This document shows, piece by piece, positions 45,396 to 57,800 of a stretch of 64,000 nt of DNA. The notes below the pieces were generated by a model. The model worked only from the letters and a program-made list of their open reading frames with translations, ran no database searches and was not told the origin of the DNA. The stretch spans positions 43,896,001-43,960,000 of the forward strand of contig OZ024747.1 of assembly GCA_964016885.1 (NCBI GenBank), read 5' to 3'. Position numbers and translations under genes: made by a program. Numbering within the stretch: position 1 is the stretch's first letter; each line of letters starts with the position of its first letter. This stretch comes from Eledone cirrhosa. Taxonomy: Eukaryota.

Positions 45396-46497
45396 GGCCG
45401 GGGTCTAAAATCAATATTAACAACATATGAGACCCGGATAGTAACACTGAAGCAACACCTTCAACAGAGGAAAAAGGTTGGCAACCATCTTGCTCAGGTT
45501 TATGAGCATGAACAAAAAATATCATTAGAATAGCGACTGATCTGGAAGAGAGATATGGAATAAAGCGTGATATAAATCTCTCACCCAGAGAAATTGGAAG
45601 ATCCTATTCAATGTTCAAACAAGATAAAAAAATTGACCAATTTACAGAAAAAGTTGTGCATGGATACTTGAGGCGTAAAACACAGACCATAGATGGGATA
45701 AACCACTCAAAAAGCCTGGCATGGAGTTCCGACAAGTTTATGACATCACACCTTGAGGGATATCTCTATGCAATACTGGAACAAGAACTCCCTACCAAAT
45801 ATCTGTTGCACAAAAGAGGAGGGCCAGCAGCTGACAATAAATGTAGGCTATGTAAAACAAAGATCGAGGATGTAAGCCACATTGTTGCCAGCTGCGAAAG
45901 AATGTCATCTCGCTACTACCTCCCCATGAGACACGATGGGATAGCTAGAACCATCTGGAACGCACTTCGGAAAACAAAATTAACAACAAACGAGGAAAAA
46001 TATATTGAGACATATGGCACTAAGGAATACTGGTGGAACCTGAAAATAAAAACTGCCACCAAATTAAAGCACAACCGGCCTGATATTGTAGTTTGGGACC
46101 ACACATTGAAAACGTGTTCTGTTGTGGAGATCAGCTGCCCACTTGATGTAAACGTTGTCAGAAAAATACAGGAGGAGGACATCTACGGACCATTGATGAG
46201 GAGTTTACAAATCCAGTATCCAAGATACACCTTTAGCTTCATACCCATCATTATTGGTGCTACGGGTTATATACCAACCCGCTTGGACCAAAGTATGACT
46301 GAACTTGGATTTGCGGACAAAAAGCGCAGCTCCCTAATTCATAGTCTACAAATGGCTGCGATAGCTGGCACCTTCAAAATTTGCAAAACATTCTTGCGAT
46401 TCAAGGGATGACAATTTCTTTTCTTTTACAACCTTGCCACCAGGAAGGTGGCCGGTCAAAAAAAAAATATACTCGAAATTAAGAGAAAGAGAAAATA
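45394..46497 (+). mobile_element. R4-like RLE non-LTR retrotransposon 3' part in (TACA)n
   Basis: ORF 45611-46411: CRLCKTKIEDVSHIVASC...RHD, HNRPDIVVWD, VVEISCP, PIIIGATG. Confidence 0.88.
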
Positions 46498-46512
46498 TAC
46501 ATACATACATAC

Positions 46513-47198
46513 AGGCTGCAAACTCTGCTAGGAGTATTGCAATCGCTTGTCAGATTCAGATGTGTGACGCTCAGATATGGCTTTTCAAGCCTGTTAGAGA
46601 CTTGCACTCCTTCACACACTGACAACAACTATGCATCTCCCTGCTGGAGGTCTTGCATCAGGTTGCCTGTGAACCTTCACAATACCGTGAAGATCATAGT
46701 TCACTGGTTCTCTTTGAACATGGCTGCGACTGCGGCTCCTGAGATCAGATTTGCTCAAGCAAAGTTTTCCACATTCAGGGCACTTCAATTCAACGGAGAC
46801 ACCGATCGTTTCGAGAGATACACCAGAGCATTGCTTACGCACACCCCGTTTGATCTTCTCATGCTCTATGCGTGTGTCCTCAAAATTATGGACACCATCA
46901 TTTACCATTCCACGCCAAGTTACTCTTTCAAGATCTTCTATCTCCCAGTCAGCCATCATCAAACCAGTTTTTTTCAATGAGTTCTTTACACAAATCTTGA
47001 ATCGCAGATTTAGCTTGTGAGATGGTCTCTTACACACACAAAGCTCGACATACAAAACTTATTTTGGGATTCGATCATCCTCCATCTGCAGAGCTGTCCG
47101 GTCCATCACAAACGCCGTTGGTGGATGATACTCTCAATGCTCCAACACTCACTTCTCTCAAGGATCTCAATGCATCTGCCACTTGATACCCAGAATTG
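46513..47198 (-). mobile_element. RTE LINE C-terminal fragment
   Basis: RF..CVKNSLK...WE....ERVTWRGMV..G...FE..R, then CPECGKLCLSK zinc finger. Confidence 0.75.
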
Positions 47199-47256
47199 CA
47201 TACATACATACATACATACATACATACATACATACATACATACATACATACATACA

Positions 47257-47845
47257 TGGTGGCCCCCAACTCGTTTTCGAGTACGGCCACTACTTTATAT
47301 CCATGTAGGAGAACCCCTACCGATGCGCTGAACGAGTGTGACTTTTTAGTCCAGCCGGCAACTTGAAAACTCTGGTACAAACACTACACTTGTGACAATT
47401 ATTGACACATAGTGCTGGGCCCATGGTACCATGTGACGACAAGTGCAGAGAGATCTCCAGATATAAAGCAATGCCTGTGCCGTGAAGCTTTTATAGTGAG
47501 CAAAGACACTGCACAAAGCCAGTCCCACTCTCTTAACCAAGATGATATTTACCAAAAAGAAGAACAAGTCAACATCATTGGATACCATCAGAGTTGCAGG
47601 TGTTATATCAGAGTTTTCCTTCTCCTAGAATTCTGCCTTGACAAAGGCTAAGGGGTCATCTCTCCCGGTGATTTTGGATGGCCATTGACTCTTAAGAGCT
47701 CCTTTGCCATTTGACAGGTTTTGTTTTTAATCCTGCAGGATGTCCAAAGTCACCCTCCTCACCAAGAAACCTTGGTGGGATTGCCAGTTTAGTCGCCTAC
47801 GACCCGACCATGAGACAGGTTGTACTGGGATACATGTTACCATGT
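47257..47845 (-). mobile_element. RTE-derived non-autonomous element, subfamily A
   Basis: High identity to 35336-35910. Confidence 0.85.
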
Positions 47846-47850
47846 ACATG

Positions 47851-47881
<31 letters not shown>

Positions 47882-47917
47882 CATACATACATACATACAT
47901 ACATACATACATACATA

Positions 47918-48200
47918 AATCCAGTATCCAAGATAGATCTTTAGCTTCATACCCATCATTATTGGAGCTACGGGTTATATACCAACCCGCTTGTACCAAA
48001 GTATGACTGAACTTGGATTTGCGGACAAAAAGCGCAGCTCCCTAATTCATAGTCTAGAAATGGCTGCCATAGCTGGCACCTTCAAAATTTGCAAAACATT
48101 CTTGCGATTCAAGAGATGACAATTTCTTTTCTTTTACAACCTTGCCACCAGGAAGGTGGCAGGTCAAACAAATATACTCGAAATTAAGAGAAAGAGATAA
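47918..48200 (+). mobile_element. 3' fragment of the same R4-like element
   Basis: Near-identical to 46209-46495; preceded by (TACA)n. Confidence 0.88.
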
Positions 48201-49417
48201 CATACACGCCTCAAAGCACCGCAGAAATCTTTTTTTTTTTTGAAGGCCGCCCAATACTGTCTCTAAGTTTCACCGTTTCGGATTCAAATTTAATTTTGAG
48301 AAAAACTGCCAGATGAGTACCCATAATTTTCCACTGAGTGTCGTCTGTCTGACTCTATAACTGATTCCAATCATCAACGAGAGCTCGTAGCTCGTTCGAC
48401 TACAATCGTTATAGATGAGTTCGTGAATTTATTCCTTATTTTATAGGGGTTTTTTCTAGTGAGAGGTGGATCTAAGCGATTATAATCTAAAACAATCAAT
48501 CGACGGAACTTAAAAGAACCATGTCACTCAACACCTCTGTTCGATCTAAAGTATGTTCTTTAAAACGATGACGAATCATTTTGAGAATCATAGAAGCAGA
48601 CTTGCCGAGTTTAATCCAACTTTGATGCATGTACGTTCTTGAAATAATTAAAGCATTGTAAAAAGCACAGAGCCGTTCTACGTTCTAAAATACATTTGCT
48701 AAAGCTCACACAATAATTGAATGCGAGTAAATAGCATGAAGCCTATTTGTAGAGGAACTCAGTAGGTGAATTATCAATGTTCGTCAACTGCTAACTCATT
48801 ATCATTAAACGTGCGGTTGGGAAAGTTTATGATAACACAGCGCTACATTGAAACCTCATAAGGAGTTCATGAAGGAGCAGATGAGTTTCATGAAGATGAC
48901 ACTGACTATAATAATAACGACGACGAAGATGATGATGATGATGATGATGATGATGCAGCTGTTGCTAATAGTGATGATGGCGTTGGGGTGGGGGTAATGA
49001 GAATAACCTCACACCCAAACATCCCTCTCCCGTTGCAGTCATGACTATAAAATTGAATGCTTCATGCATGATTGCTTACACCGATTTGTTTATACTGAAA
49101 TAAGTGCACTTAATTACCTAATAATGATTGATCTTGACCAATGATCAGAGACAAAATCAGTAATATCAAGTGCCAGTGTGCATTCGATATTGAAATGGAA
49201 ATTTGACATAAAACATGAGTGTCGGGGATCATCTCAAAAGGTTAAGAACTTGTATTACACGATTTTTTTTTTAACAAAAAAACTTTTTTTCAAACACCAA
49301 CAAGATTTTGTTAACAGCAACAATAATAATAATAATAATTGTTTTTGTTTTTAGTATTAGTGTTGTTGGTAGGTGTAGTGGTGGTGTCAGTGATGATGGT
49401 CGTGTTATTTAGGGTGG

Positions 49418-49895
49418 GGTATTAGCAGACACACTAGAGGTCGGGCAAAAACGCTTTGGTGCCAAATGTTTCCAGCTCTTTACATTTTGAATTCAAATCC
49501 TGCCAAGTTTAAAGTTGCTTTTCATCTTCTCGGGCTCGATAAAATAAAGCACCAGGCGAATATTGCAGTTGATGTAATTAATTAGTGCATTCCAGCCCCA
49601 GACAATCACACACACACAGAGCCACCACCACAATTCAAATTCATGTCTATCTTTGTGTCTATATAGCAGAGATTAATATTATTTTCTCACACGGCAGATT
49701 GGCAGTATCGGTAGAGCGCCAGACAATATGCTTTTTCGTCATAGAGTTACATCTTTTTACATTCTGAGTTTAAATAGCGCCGTGGTCTGCTTTGCCTTTC
49801 ATTCTTACGGGGTCTATAAAATAAAGCACCAGTAAGTACTTTATCGATTTCCCCTCCCCTTCAAATAGCTGGTCTTGTGGCTGTAGTAGAAATCA
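49418..49895 (+). mobile_element. Two diverged SINE family 1 copies
   Basis: gaattcaaatcc...ttttcatc...tcgataaaataaag at ~49490; ggcagattggcagtatcggtagag...gtagaaa at 49693-49892. Confidence 0.75.
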
Positions 49896-50329
49896 GGATT
49901 ATATCAAGCTACTTTCTACTACGTCACCTAGTGCACATCGGTGTTACTAACGTGTATACAACAATGAATGTTCTTATTTTTGTAGGAGTGGGAGTGGAGT
50001 CTCCTCATGCTGATGTACGACATATTGTGTGTTTTGTGGGGTTTAGCTTTTTGTTCCTTGTGTTATAGTGTCTCTAGTGCATGCTGTGTTGTTTTATAGA
50101 GTATTCATCATGTAGTGTATAGGTCGTGGGAGATGCGTTGTTATATTTTATTAGATGCATATTGTTGCGTGCGCTAACAACTACAATAATGACAACAACA
50201 CCAACAACAACAGCAACAACAGCAACACCAACAACAACGACAACATTATCAGCAACAACGAAAACCAGCAAAACAACAGCATCAAAAAGAAAGACAACAA
50301 CAGCATCAACAACAAGAGACATTAGAAAG

Positions 50330-50735
50330 CTTCAAGCCCATAACTCTGCTAAACACAGAGTTTAAGATTTTGGTCAAGCTGATAGCGAAGAGGTTGACGC
50401 TTGTCGTCGAGCATTTGGTAGGAGAGGCACAAACTCCACCCCATGCGATACATCATTGAGAGGGTAGGGTGTAAACCTGGCTTCGTTGGGACTCTGAACA
50501 ATTTAGATCGATCAAAAGGTTTCGATGAGGGTCAACCATCACTACCTGGAGGTTGTCCGCAAGGCAGCTGGTTTTGGTTTCGTATTCAGAAGCTGGATCA
50601 TTGCGGTATCTTCCCGGTGGTCAAAGTTAATGGCCATTATTCACAACCGTTTCAGATTTTCCGATCGGTCGGTCAAGGTTGACCTCTCTCCTCCCTGCTG
50701 TACGTATTGAAACTCGAGATTCGAGAAAACTTTCT
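50330..50735 (+). mobile_element. L1/Tx1-type reverse transcriptase fragment
   Basis: FKPITLLNTEFKILVKLIAKRL...NLDRSKGFD/RVNHHYL...GF...WI...VKVNG..S..F.I.RSVGQG*PLS. Confidence 0.8.
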
Positions 50736-51358
50736 TTATATTTCTTATCACAGCTATTGAAGCTTTCGATTTTGGACGGATACCATGCCTGAGGTTTGTT
50801 CGCTATTCCTTTCCCTCTTCCTTTCTTCCTCCTTCTTTCATTCTTTCACTCTCTCCGCCACTCTTCACTTCTTCTTACTGCTTCTTTTCTTTCCTTCTCC
50901 CGTCTCATACCCACCTCTCTTGTTCGTCAATTGGTGCTGAGGGGACGCATTTTATATTTCTCTCTCTCTGACCTGTCTGTCTGTCTATATAATATGTTCA
51001 TTCCTCATGCAAACATCATACCAACAGAGATATTTATTTTTCTGTTGCACGAGCCGGCTATTTTACGTGGGACTTTTAGTTAAATCTTCTGAAATCACAA
51101 CCGATCTAAAAGCTGATGAGTGTATATAAATGTCTGTGTGATCTTCTCTCATCCATCTTCCTTTCCTCCTGTCTTCCTATCACTTCTACGGGCCAATACA
51201 CTCCTAGCCAGTGATTTCTATCCTTTGGGGTACATTTTACACGACGCTGTCATTGACAACATTTTGATGTTTTAACAGCTTCCTTGTGTTGAGTTCTCAT
51301 TATTCTATAAATTCTATTACACTCGCGCTTCAAACTCGATATTTGAGATATTGTTTAT

Positions 51359-51410
<52 letters not shown>

Positions 51411-51414
51411 CTAT

Positions 51415-52370
51415 AATGAAAAATTGAACAGGGACAGAACAGAGAGGCAGTACGATAAATGTTTATTAAATTCACGCTCAGGAGAGTGGGGGGTAGGTGG
51501 GGGACGACGTTTCGGGCATAAGCCCCTCTTCAGGTGAGAAGTGTGTGGGAACAGAGTTCAAAGGTGTGTAGGGGAGTGGTGGAGAGACATATAGCGAAAG
51601 GAAACGGTGCGAATGAAAAATTAACAAATAAAGACAACAAATATAATAAATAAAAATAAAGCATGATCAAAATACAAGGAAAGAGAAAATTTAAAAATAA
51701 AGGCATGATCAAAATAAACTGAAATTAAATGGGGGGTAAACAGGTGGTGGAAGGGTGTGGGGTGAGTAGGGGTGGTGACGGGTGGAGTGGGGAGAGGGAG
51801 ACGGGGTGTCCGAGCGGGGAGGGCTGAAGGTGGTGTGTGTGGTTAGGTGTGCGTGTGTGTGTGTATGTGAAAGTGAGGGTTGGGGGAAGAACGGGGTTGC
51901 ATGTTCAGGAAGGTGTGTGTGGGGGTGTTTTTGTGGGTCGGAGTGTCTGTGCGTGTGTGGATAGGGGGTGGGGGGAGAGGAATCAGGAGGCTGAGGGTGT
52001 AAATATGTGGTGGGAAGCACGTGTGTGTGGTTTAAGCGTGTTGTGGGTGTGGGTAGCGTGTGGATAAAAAGAATTGTTGTTGGGGTGTGTGTGTGGGTGA
52101 GTTATATAGGTGATGGTGTAAGAGGATGGTTGAAAAGTTGGTAAGTTACACCGATCTTTGGAGATTTTGGTTAGAAGTCGAAATTCACGTGTGGGTAATC
52201 CAAGAAGCGGTGGTCGGAAGAGGAGAGATGTGGGGTGCGCGCGCAACAGGAAGTGGTCAGCAGTGGGAGTGGTGTGGTCAGTTGGTGCTGAGAGGTGGTG
52301 GGAAGGGCATAGCAGCAGTCGGCGGAAGGTAGGGAGGCGAGGATGGGTAGGTGTGAGAGTTAGAGTGAGG

Positions 52371-52405
<35 letters not shown>

Positions 52406-53665
52406 ATTAGTAGGGGTGTTAGTGGGATGAGTGAGTGTGGAGCGGGGAGAGAAGGGTGTGTGTGGTTCTATGGAGGGAGTGTGGTGTACTGGTGTGTGTG
52501 TAGTTTGGTGAAGAGGTGTTAGTGGGTGTTAGTATACGGGAGGTGGGGAGGGGTGGAATGCAGGTGTGAGTGGGGGTTAGTGGGGGTAGGGTGTGTAGAG
52601 GTGGTGGTGTACGAGGGTGTGTGGGTACGTGTGCGTGGGGTTGGAGGGTGTTAGTGATGTTAGTTGCGTGTGGAGTGGGTGGTGTAAGTGGATGCGTGTG
52701 TGCGTGTGATAAGGAGGGGGGAGGAGGAGAAGAGGGGAGGGAAGGGATGTTAGTATGTTAGTTGGGGAAGGGTGGTCAGATGAGGGGTGGAGTGGAGGTG
52801 TTAGTATTGTTAGTGTGGGGTGGGCGGTGAAAAGGAGGGGTGTCTGAGTGGTGTTAGTGGGGGATAGTGTGGGGGGAGGGGGGCGATCGAACGCTAAAGG
52901 AATAAGGGTGGGGAGTTCAGGCCGGGGGGGAGTGTGGGTCTGTAAGATGAAGATAGTGCGTTGTTCGACCGTAAGGCGATGGGCGGGTGTTCCGTGGCAC
53001 TGGAGTAGGCCACAGACTGTGAGATGGCATGCGGAGTGTCCAGGGCCACCAAAGTGGCGGGCGATGGGGGAACTGCCCCCGAGACGAATATCCCGGAGGT
53101 GCTCCGTGACTCGGTCCGCCAGGCGACGTCCCGTCTGTCCGACATAAGTCGCGCTGCACTCCGTGCAACGAAGTCCGTAGACTAGGTTGGAGGAGGTGCA
53201 GCGGAAGGCATGCCGGACCGAGAGAGAGTGGCCGTTGGGACCCTGGAAGGTGGTGGTGTTGGTGATGTGGGGACAGGTGTTGCAGCGGGGCCTAGAACAG
53301 GGGAAGGAACTGGGGGGGGGAACGGAGCGTGGGTTGGGGGTAGGGAGCTGTGGACGAGGAGGGTGCGGAGATTGCGTGCGCGTTTGAAGGAGGGGAGTAG
53401 TGGGGTTGGGGAGATGTGGGAGGTGGAGGGGTCGGACTGGAGGCGTCGGAAGAGGCGGCGGATGGTGCGGTGGAGGGGTAAGGTGGAGGGGTGGTAGGTG
53501 ATGGGGAAGGGGAGACGGTGGGTGGGTGTGTGGTGGCGTGGGGTGAGGGTGGTGGAGCGGTGGATAGCACGGGCGCGGGTGAGAGCGGTGTAGACGAGAG
53601 AGGAGGGGTAACCTCTGCGGATGAAATGGCTGACTAGGGAAAGGGCCTGGGACTCGAAGTCAGCA

Positions 53666-53667
<2 letters not shown>
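51415..53667 (-). mobile_element. 5'-truncated second copy of the Neptune-type PLE, GIY-YIG motif intact
   Basis: Aligns to 18565-20750; encodes SNLVYGLRCTECSATYVGQTGRRLADRVTEH; TA tracts on both sides. Confidence 0.93.
51501..51540 (-). ncRNA. Minimal hammerhead in PLE 3' region
   Basis: Reverse complement CTGAAGA-ggggc(ttat)gccc-GAAA-cg-TC. Confidence 0.75.
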
Positions 53668-53708
<41 letters not shown>

Positions 53709-53867
53709 ATGTATATATATATATATATGTATTTATATTTATATATATATATGTATTTATATTTATATATATATGTATTTATATTTATATATATATGCGT
53801 GTGTATGTATATATATATATGTATTTATATATATATATCTAAATATATATATATATATATATATATA

Positions 53868-54082
53868 TAGGAACCAGTAAGACCCCGACAGCTGAGCTCA
53901 AGCCGTTTCGACGGCTAATTCTGGACTTTTTTTTTTTTTTTTTTTTAGTCAGAATTAGCCGTCGAAACGGCTTGAGCTCAGCTGTCGGGGTCTTACTGGT
54001 TCCTATTACCCACTCTACTACCCCAAGTATTGAGTACTTTGGTGCGTTATGGTCCACCTGGTTCCTTACCACATTTCCTTCG

Positions 54083-54084
<2 letters not shown>
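53868..54084 (+). mobile_element. Family D element with ~135-bp 5' hairpin
   Basis: ggaaccagtaagaccccgac...aattctggac(T-run)agtcagaatt...gtcggggtcttactggttcc, then the shared tail. Confidence 0.85.
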
Positions 54085-54137
<53 letters not shown>

Positions 54138-54420
54138 CATATATATATATACATACACACGCATATATATATAAATATAAATACATATATATATATATAA
54201 ATATAAATACATATATATACATATAAATATAAATACATATATATATATATATATATATATATGCGTGTGTATGTATATATATATATATATATATATGTAT
54301 TTATATATATATATATATATATAAATAAATATATATATATATATATATAAAAGACGTAAAATAAGAAAATTTTTTTAAAAAAATTTTTTTAAAGAATTAA
54401 CTTACTTACTTAAATTTTCA

Positions 54421-54500
54421 CTCCAACTAATTAGTTTCTGCAATGGGATAAAGACAGTTACGTAATGAACCGTTGAGAATTTCATTGCGTCATCAGGGAG
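54421..54500 (-). ncRNA. Type I hammerhead ribozyme (inverted copy)
   Basis: Reverse complement of 54794-54873. Confidence 0.85.
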
Positions 54501-54793
54501 GTCATTCTCAGCCGAGTCTCCAGGCGATGCGCGGACACTGGCGGACACTGGCGGACACAAATTTTTTTTGGGGGGGTGTTAGTAGGCGCTTGTCATCTTA
54601 CCACCCCATTCCTACTGACTAGCCTCTGTGTCACGTGATTGATTCTTTAGAATCGGCCATATGATCAGTGGCAGTGAGAATTTTCAGTAGCTGGAATCCA
54701 GTCCTCGATAGCTGTTCCATTTACCGAATTATTATTATTTTTATATGAGTCGCCAGTGTCCGCGCATCGCCTGGAGACTCGGCTGAGAATGAC

Positions 54794-54873
54794 CTCCCTG
54801 ATGACGCAATGAAATTCTCAACGGTTCATTACGTAACTGTCTTTATCCCATTGCAGAAACTAATTAGTTGGAG
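54794..54873 (+). ncRNA. Type I hammerhead ribozyme, long loop II
   Basis: ctcc-CTGATGA-c.gcaatg...cattgc.a-GAAA-ctaattag-TT-ggag. Confidence 0.85.
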
Positions 54874-54992
54874 TGAAAATTTAAGTAAGTAAGTTAATTT
54901 TTAAAAAAAATTGTTGGTACTATGACATAACCTGTGTATTTGCTGGCATTGGCGTACATCTGTGCGCTTATGTTAGTAGATATATTAAATTA

Positions 54993-55066
<74 letters not shown>

Positions 55067-55592
55067 TAATTTAATATATATATATATATATATAAAATCT
55101 TAGTGGTGTACCATATTCAAAATAATACATTAATACATGTGGAAATTTTAGTTGAAATTGTTTATTCAAATGTCACACACATCCACATCCATTCACAGTC
55201 ACGCATACTATACACACATACACAATTCTTCAAATATAAGCACAATAGTTTTGGTATTCATACATAACAGCAGATATAAACACGCAAGTAGACAACTAGA
55301 GCATTTGTAGGGATGAAATGAGTAAATAGACAAACTTGTGAGCTTGAATTCATACAGTGAAAAATCTATCATGTTATAGACATTGACAAGTATTTGATAT
55401 GAAAGTGTAGGATCTGGTGTTTAGATAAATTCTATCATTGCACTTGCCACTTGTAAAGTTTTTGATCTCGTCTCGCACAATTGTTTATGTAAAGATAACC
55501 TTATTTCATTGTGGAATAATAACGTTGCTTAAACCATATTAGAAATAACAAGTTGGTCAGCAATAGAATAGATATTTAAGCACTTAAGAGTA

Positions 55593-55708
<116 letters not shown>

Positions 55709-55723
55709 TTGTGTGCGTGTGTG

Positions 55724-55754
<31 letters not shown>

Positions 55755-55862
55755 ATGTGTGTGTGTGCATGTGAATCTGTGCGTATGTGTATATGTATAT
55801 ACAGATGTAGTTATACATACACATATATATATATATATATATACATATATATGAATATTTGT

Positions 55863-55912
<50 letters not shown>

Positions 55913-55913
55913 C

Positions 55914-55945
<32 letters not shown>

Positions 55946-55996
55946 AGAAAGAAGGAGAGAAAGAGAGACACAGAAAGAAAGAGCGTGGGAGACAAT

Positions 55997-56040
<44 letters not shown>

Positions 56041-56048
56041 GCCTTTAA

Positions 56049-56370
56049 GGCGCGTGGCTTTGTGGTTAAGTTATTCGGTTCACAATCGTAAGGTCGTGAG
56101 TTCGATTCCCGGTGCTACGTTGTGTCCTTCCTTAAGCAAGACACTTTATTTCACGTTGCTCCAGTCCACTCAGCTGGCAAAAATGAGTTGTACTTGTAAT
56201 TCGAAGTGTCAGCCTTGTCACTTTCGGTGTCTTACTGAATCTCACAGAGAATTACGTAAACGGTACGTGTGTCTGTGGAATGCTCAGCCACTTGCACGTT
56301 AATTTCACGAGCAGGTTGATCTGATTAATTTGAACACTCTTCGTCAAAACCGACGGAGTGCCATCATGTA
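56049..56370 (+). mobile_element. tRNA-derived SINE family 2 (CORE-like central domain, RTE-like tail)
   Basis: A box tggctttgtgg, B box gagttcgattcc, tgtgtcctt..agcaagacactt; ends gccatcatgtatgt. Confidence 0.85.
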
Positions 56371-56400
56371 TGTATTTAAGAATGCATGTATGTATGTATG

Positions 56401-56780
56401 TAAGAGTCAACGGCCATCCAAAAGTGTGTAAATATGTATATACACATGTACCGTGCGGTTAAACGACCGGGAGTGAAGACCCCTAGCCTTTGTCAGGGCA
56501 TTCTTCTAGGAGAAGACAACTCAGGAAACTGGGATAACTCCGATATAAAACCTGCGGCTCAGTAGTTACCGATGATGTTCATCTTTTCTTCTTTTTCGGG
56601 TTACAGCTACTGTCGCTCAGAGAGTGGGATTGGATCAGTGCACAGTCTTTCCTCACTTTAAAAAATATCTTCATGCACAGGTATTGCACGATAGAATTAA
56701 TTAATAATTATTAATAATGGTATATGATGCAATGGCCATACTCGATAACGAGGGGGCAGCCATCATGTATGTATGTATGC
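56401..56780 (+). mobile_element. RTE-derived non-autonomous element, subfamily B
   Basis: Homologous to subfamily A (aagagtcaacggccatccaaaa, ctaggagaag); 3' ctcg(ataa)cgag plus (ATGT)n. Confidence 0.78.
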
Positions 56781-57180
56781 CTTTGAGGGATCTCGAATGG
56801 CATACGAGAAAGTAAAGTGGGTGTGAGGAAGGGCATTACTGTTGCATTTCCAGACGGCGAAGGTCCTCCTATGGCACTGACATGCAGCGTCTGTGCGAGA
56901 CTCTGCCTCAGCAAAGCTGGACTCGAAAGTCATCTTCGTTGTCATAAAATGAGACCAGTGGTTGACTACCAGGCTGCTGTTGGAGATGCTACTCATCATG
57001 CTTGCCAAACATGTGGTAGAGAATGTAAATCAGCAGGAGGGCTCAAACGACATGCAAAGGTACACGAACTCCAACCACAGCCGGCTATTCCCAGTGAATG
57101 TTTTGGTTGCCAACTCTGCAAGACATTTTAGATCATTGCCTGGGCTAAAAAGCCACATTCGATCGCAGCGCTGTTAATTG
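56781..57180 (+). mobile_element. RTE LINE C-terminal C2H2 zinc-finger fragment
   Basis: FE..R......K...RK, CSVCARLCLSKAGLESHLRCH, CQTCGRECKSAGGLKRH; parallels 46513-47198. Confidence 0.7.
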
Positions 57181-57216
57181 CTATCGTGTGTGTGTGGATA
57201 TGTTTGTGTGTGTGTG

Positions 57217-57249
<33 letters not shown>

Positions 57250-57444
57250 ATTATTATTGTTGTTGTTGCTGTCGTTATTATTATTGTTTTTATTGTTATT
57301 ATTATTATTATGTTTTTTTTCTCGTGCAATGGCCATACTCGATAACGAAGGGGCAGCCATCATGTATGTATATATGTATCTATGTAAGAATGTATGTATG
57401 TACGTATGTATATATGCATGTATGTATGTATGTATGTATGTATG

Positions 57445-57800
57445 ATATAACACCTGCAACCCTGATGGTATCCAATGATGTTGACTTGTTCTTCTTTTTG
57501 GTAAATATCATCTTGTTTAAGAGAGTGGGACTGGCTTTGTGCAGTGCCTTTGCTCACTATAAAAGCTTCACGGCACAGGCATTGCTTTATATCTGGAGAT
57601 CTCTCTGCACTTGTCGTCACATGGTACCATGGGCCCAACACTATGTGTCAATAATTGTCACAAGTATCGTGTTTGTACCAGAGTTTTCAAGTCGCTGGCT
57701 GGACTAAAAAGTCACACTCGTTCAGCGCATCGGTAGGGGTTCTCCTACATGGATATAAAGTAGTGGCCGTACTTGAAAACGAGTTGGCAGCCACCATGTA
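57445..57800 (+). mobile_element. RTE-derived element subfamily A, 5'-truncated
   Basis: Reverse complement of 47257-47610; (ATGT)n tail. Confidence 0.85.

Larger units (their letters stand above)
54380..54912. mobile_element. Inverted-repeat element (arms ~160 bp, spacer ~205 bp) with HHR in each arm, between TA tracts
   Basis: 54380-54543 is the reverse complement of 54751-54912. Confidence 0.88.

Noticed and set aside
51108-51150. ctgatga as a hammerhead core
   Set aside because: No stem II, GAAA or stem I partner downstream.
56049-56125. Genuine tRNA gene
   Set aside because: Continues into a SINE body and tail, with a diverged copy at 26.7 kb.
56817-57177. Host C2H2 zinc-finger gene exon
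   Set aside because: Has an internal stop, is bounded by repeats and parallels the RTE C-terminus at 46.6-47.0 kb; better explained as a LINE fragment.
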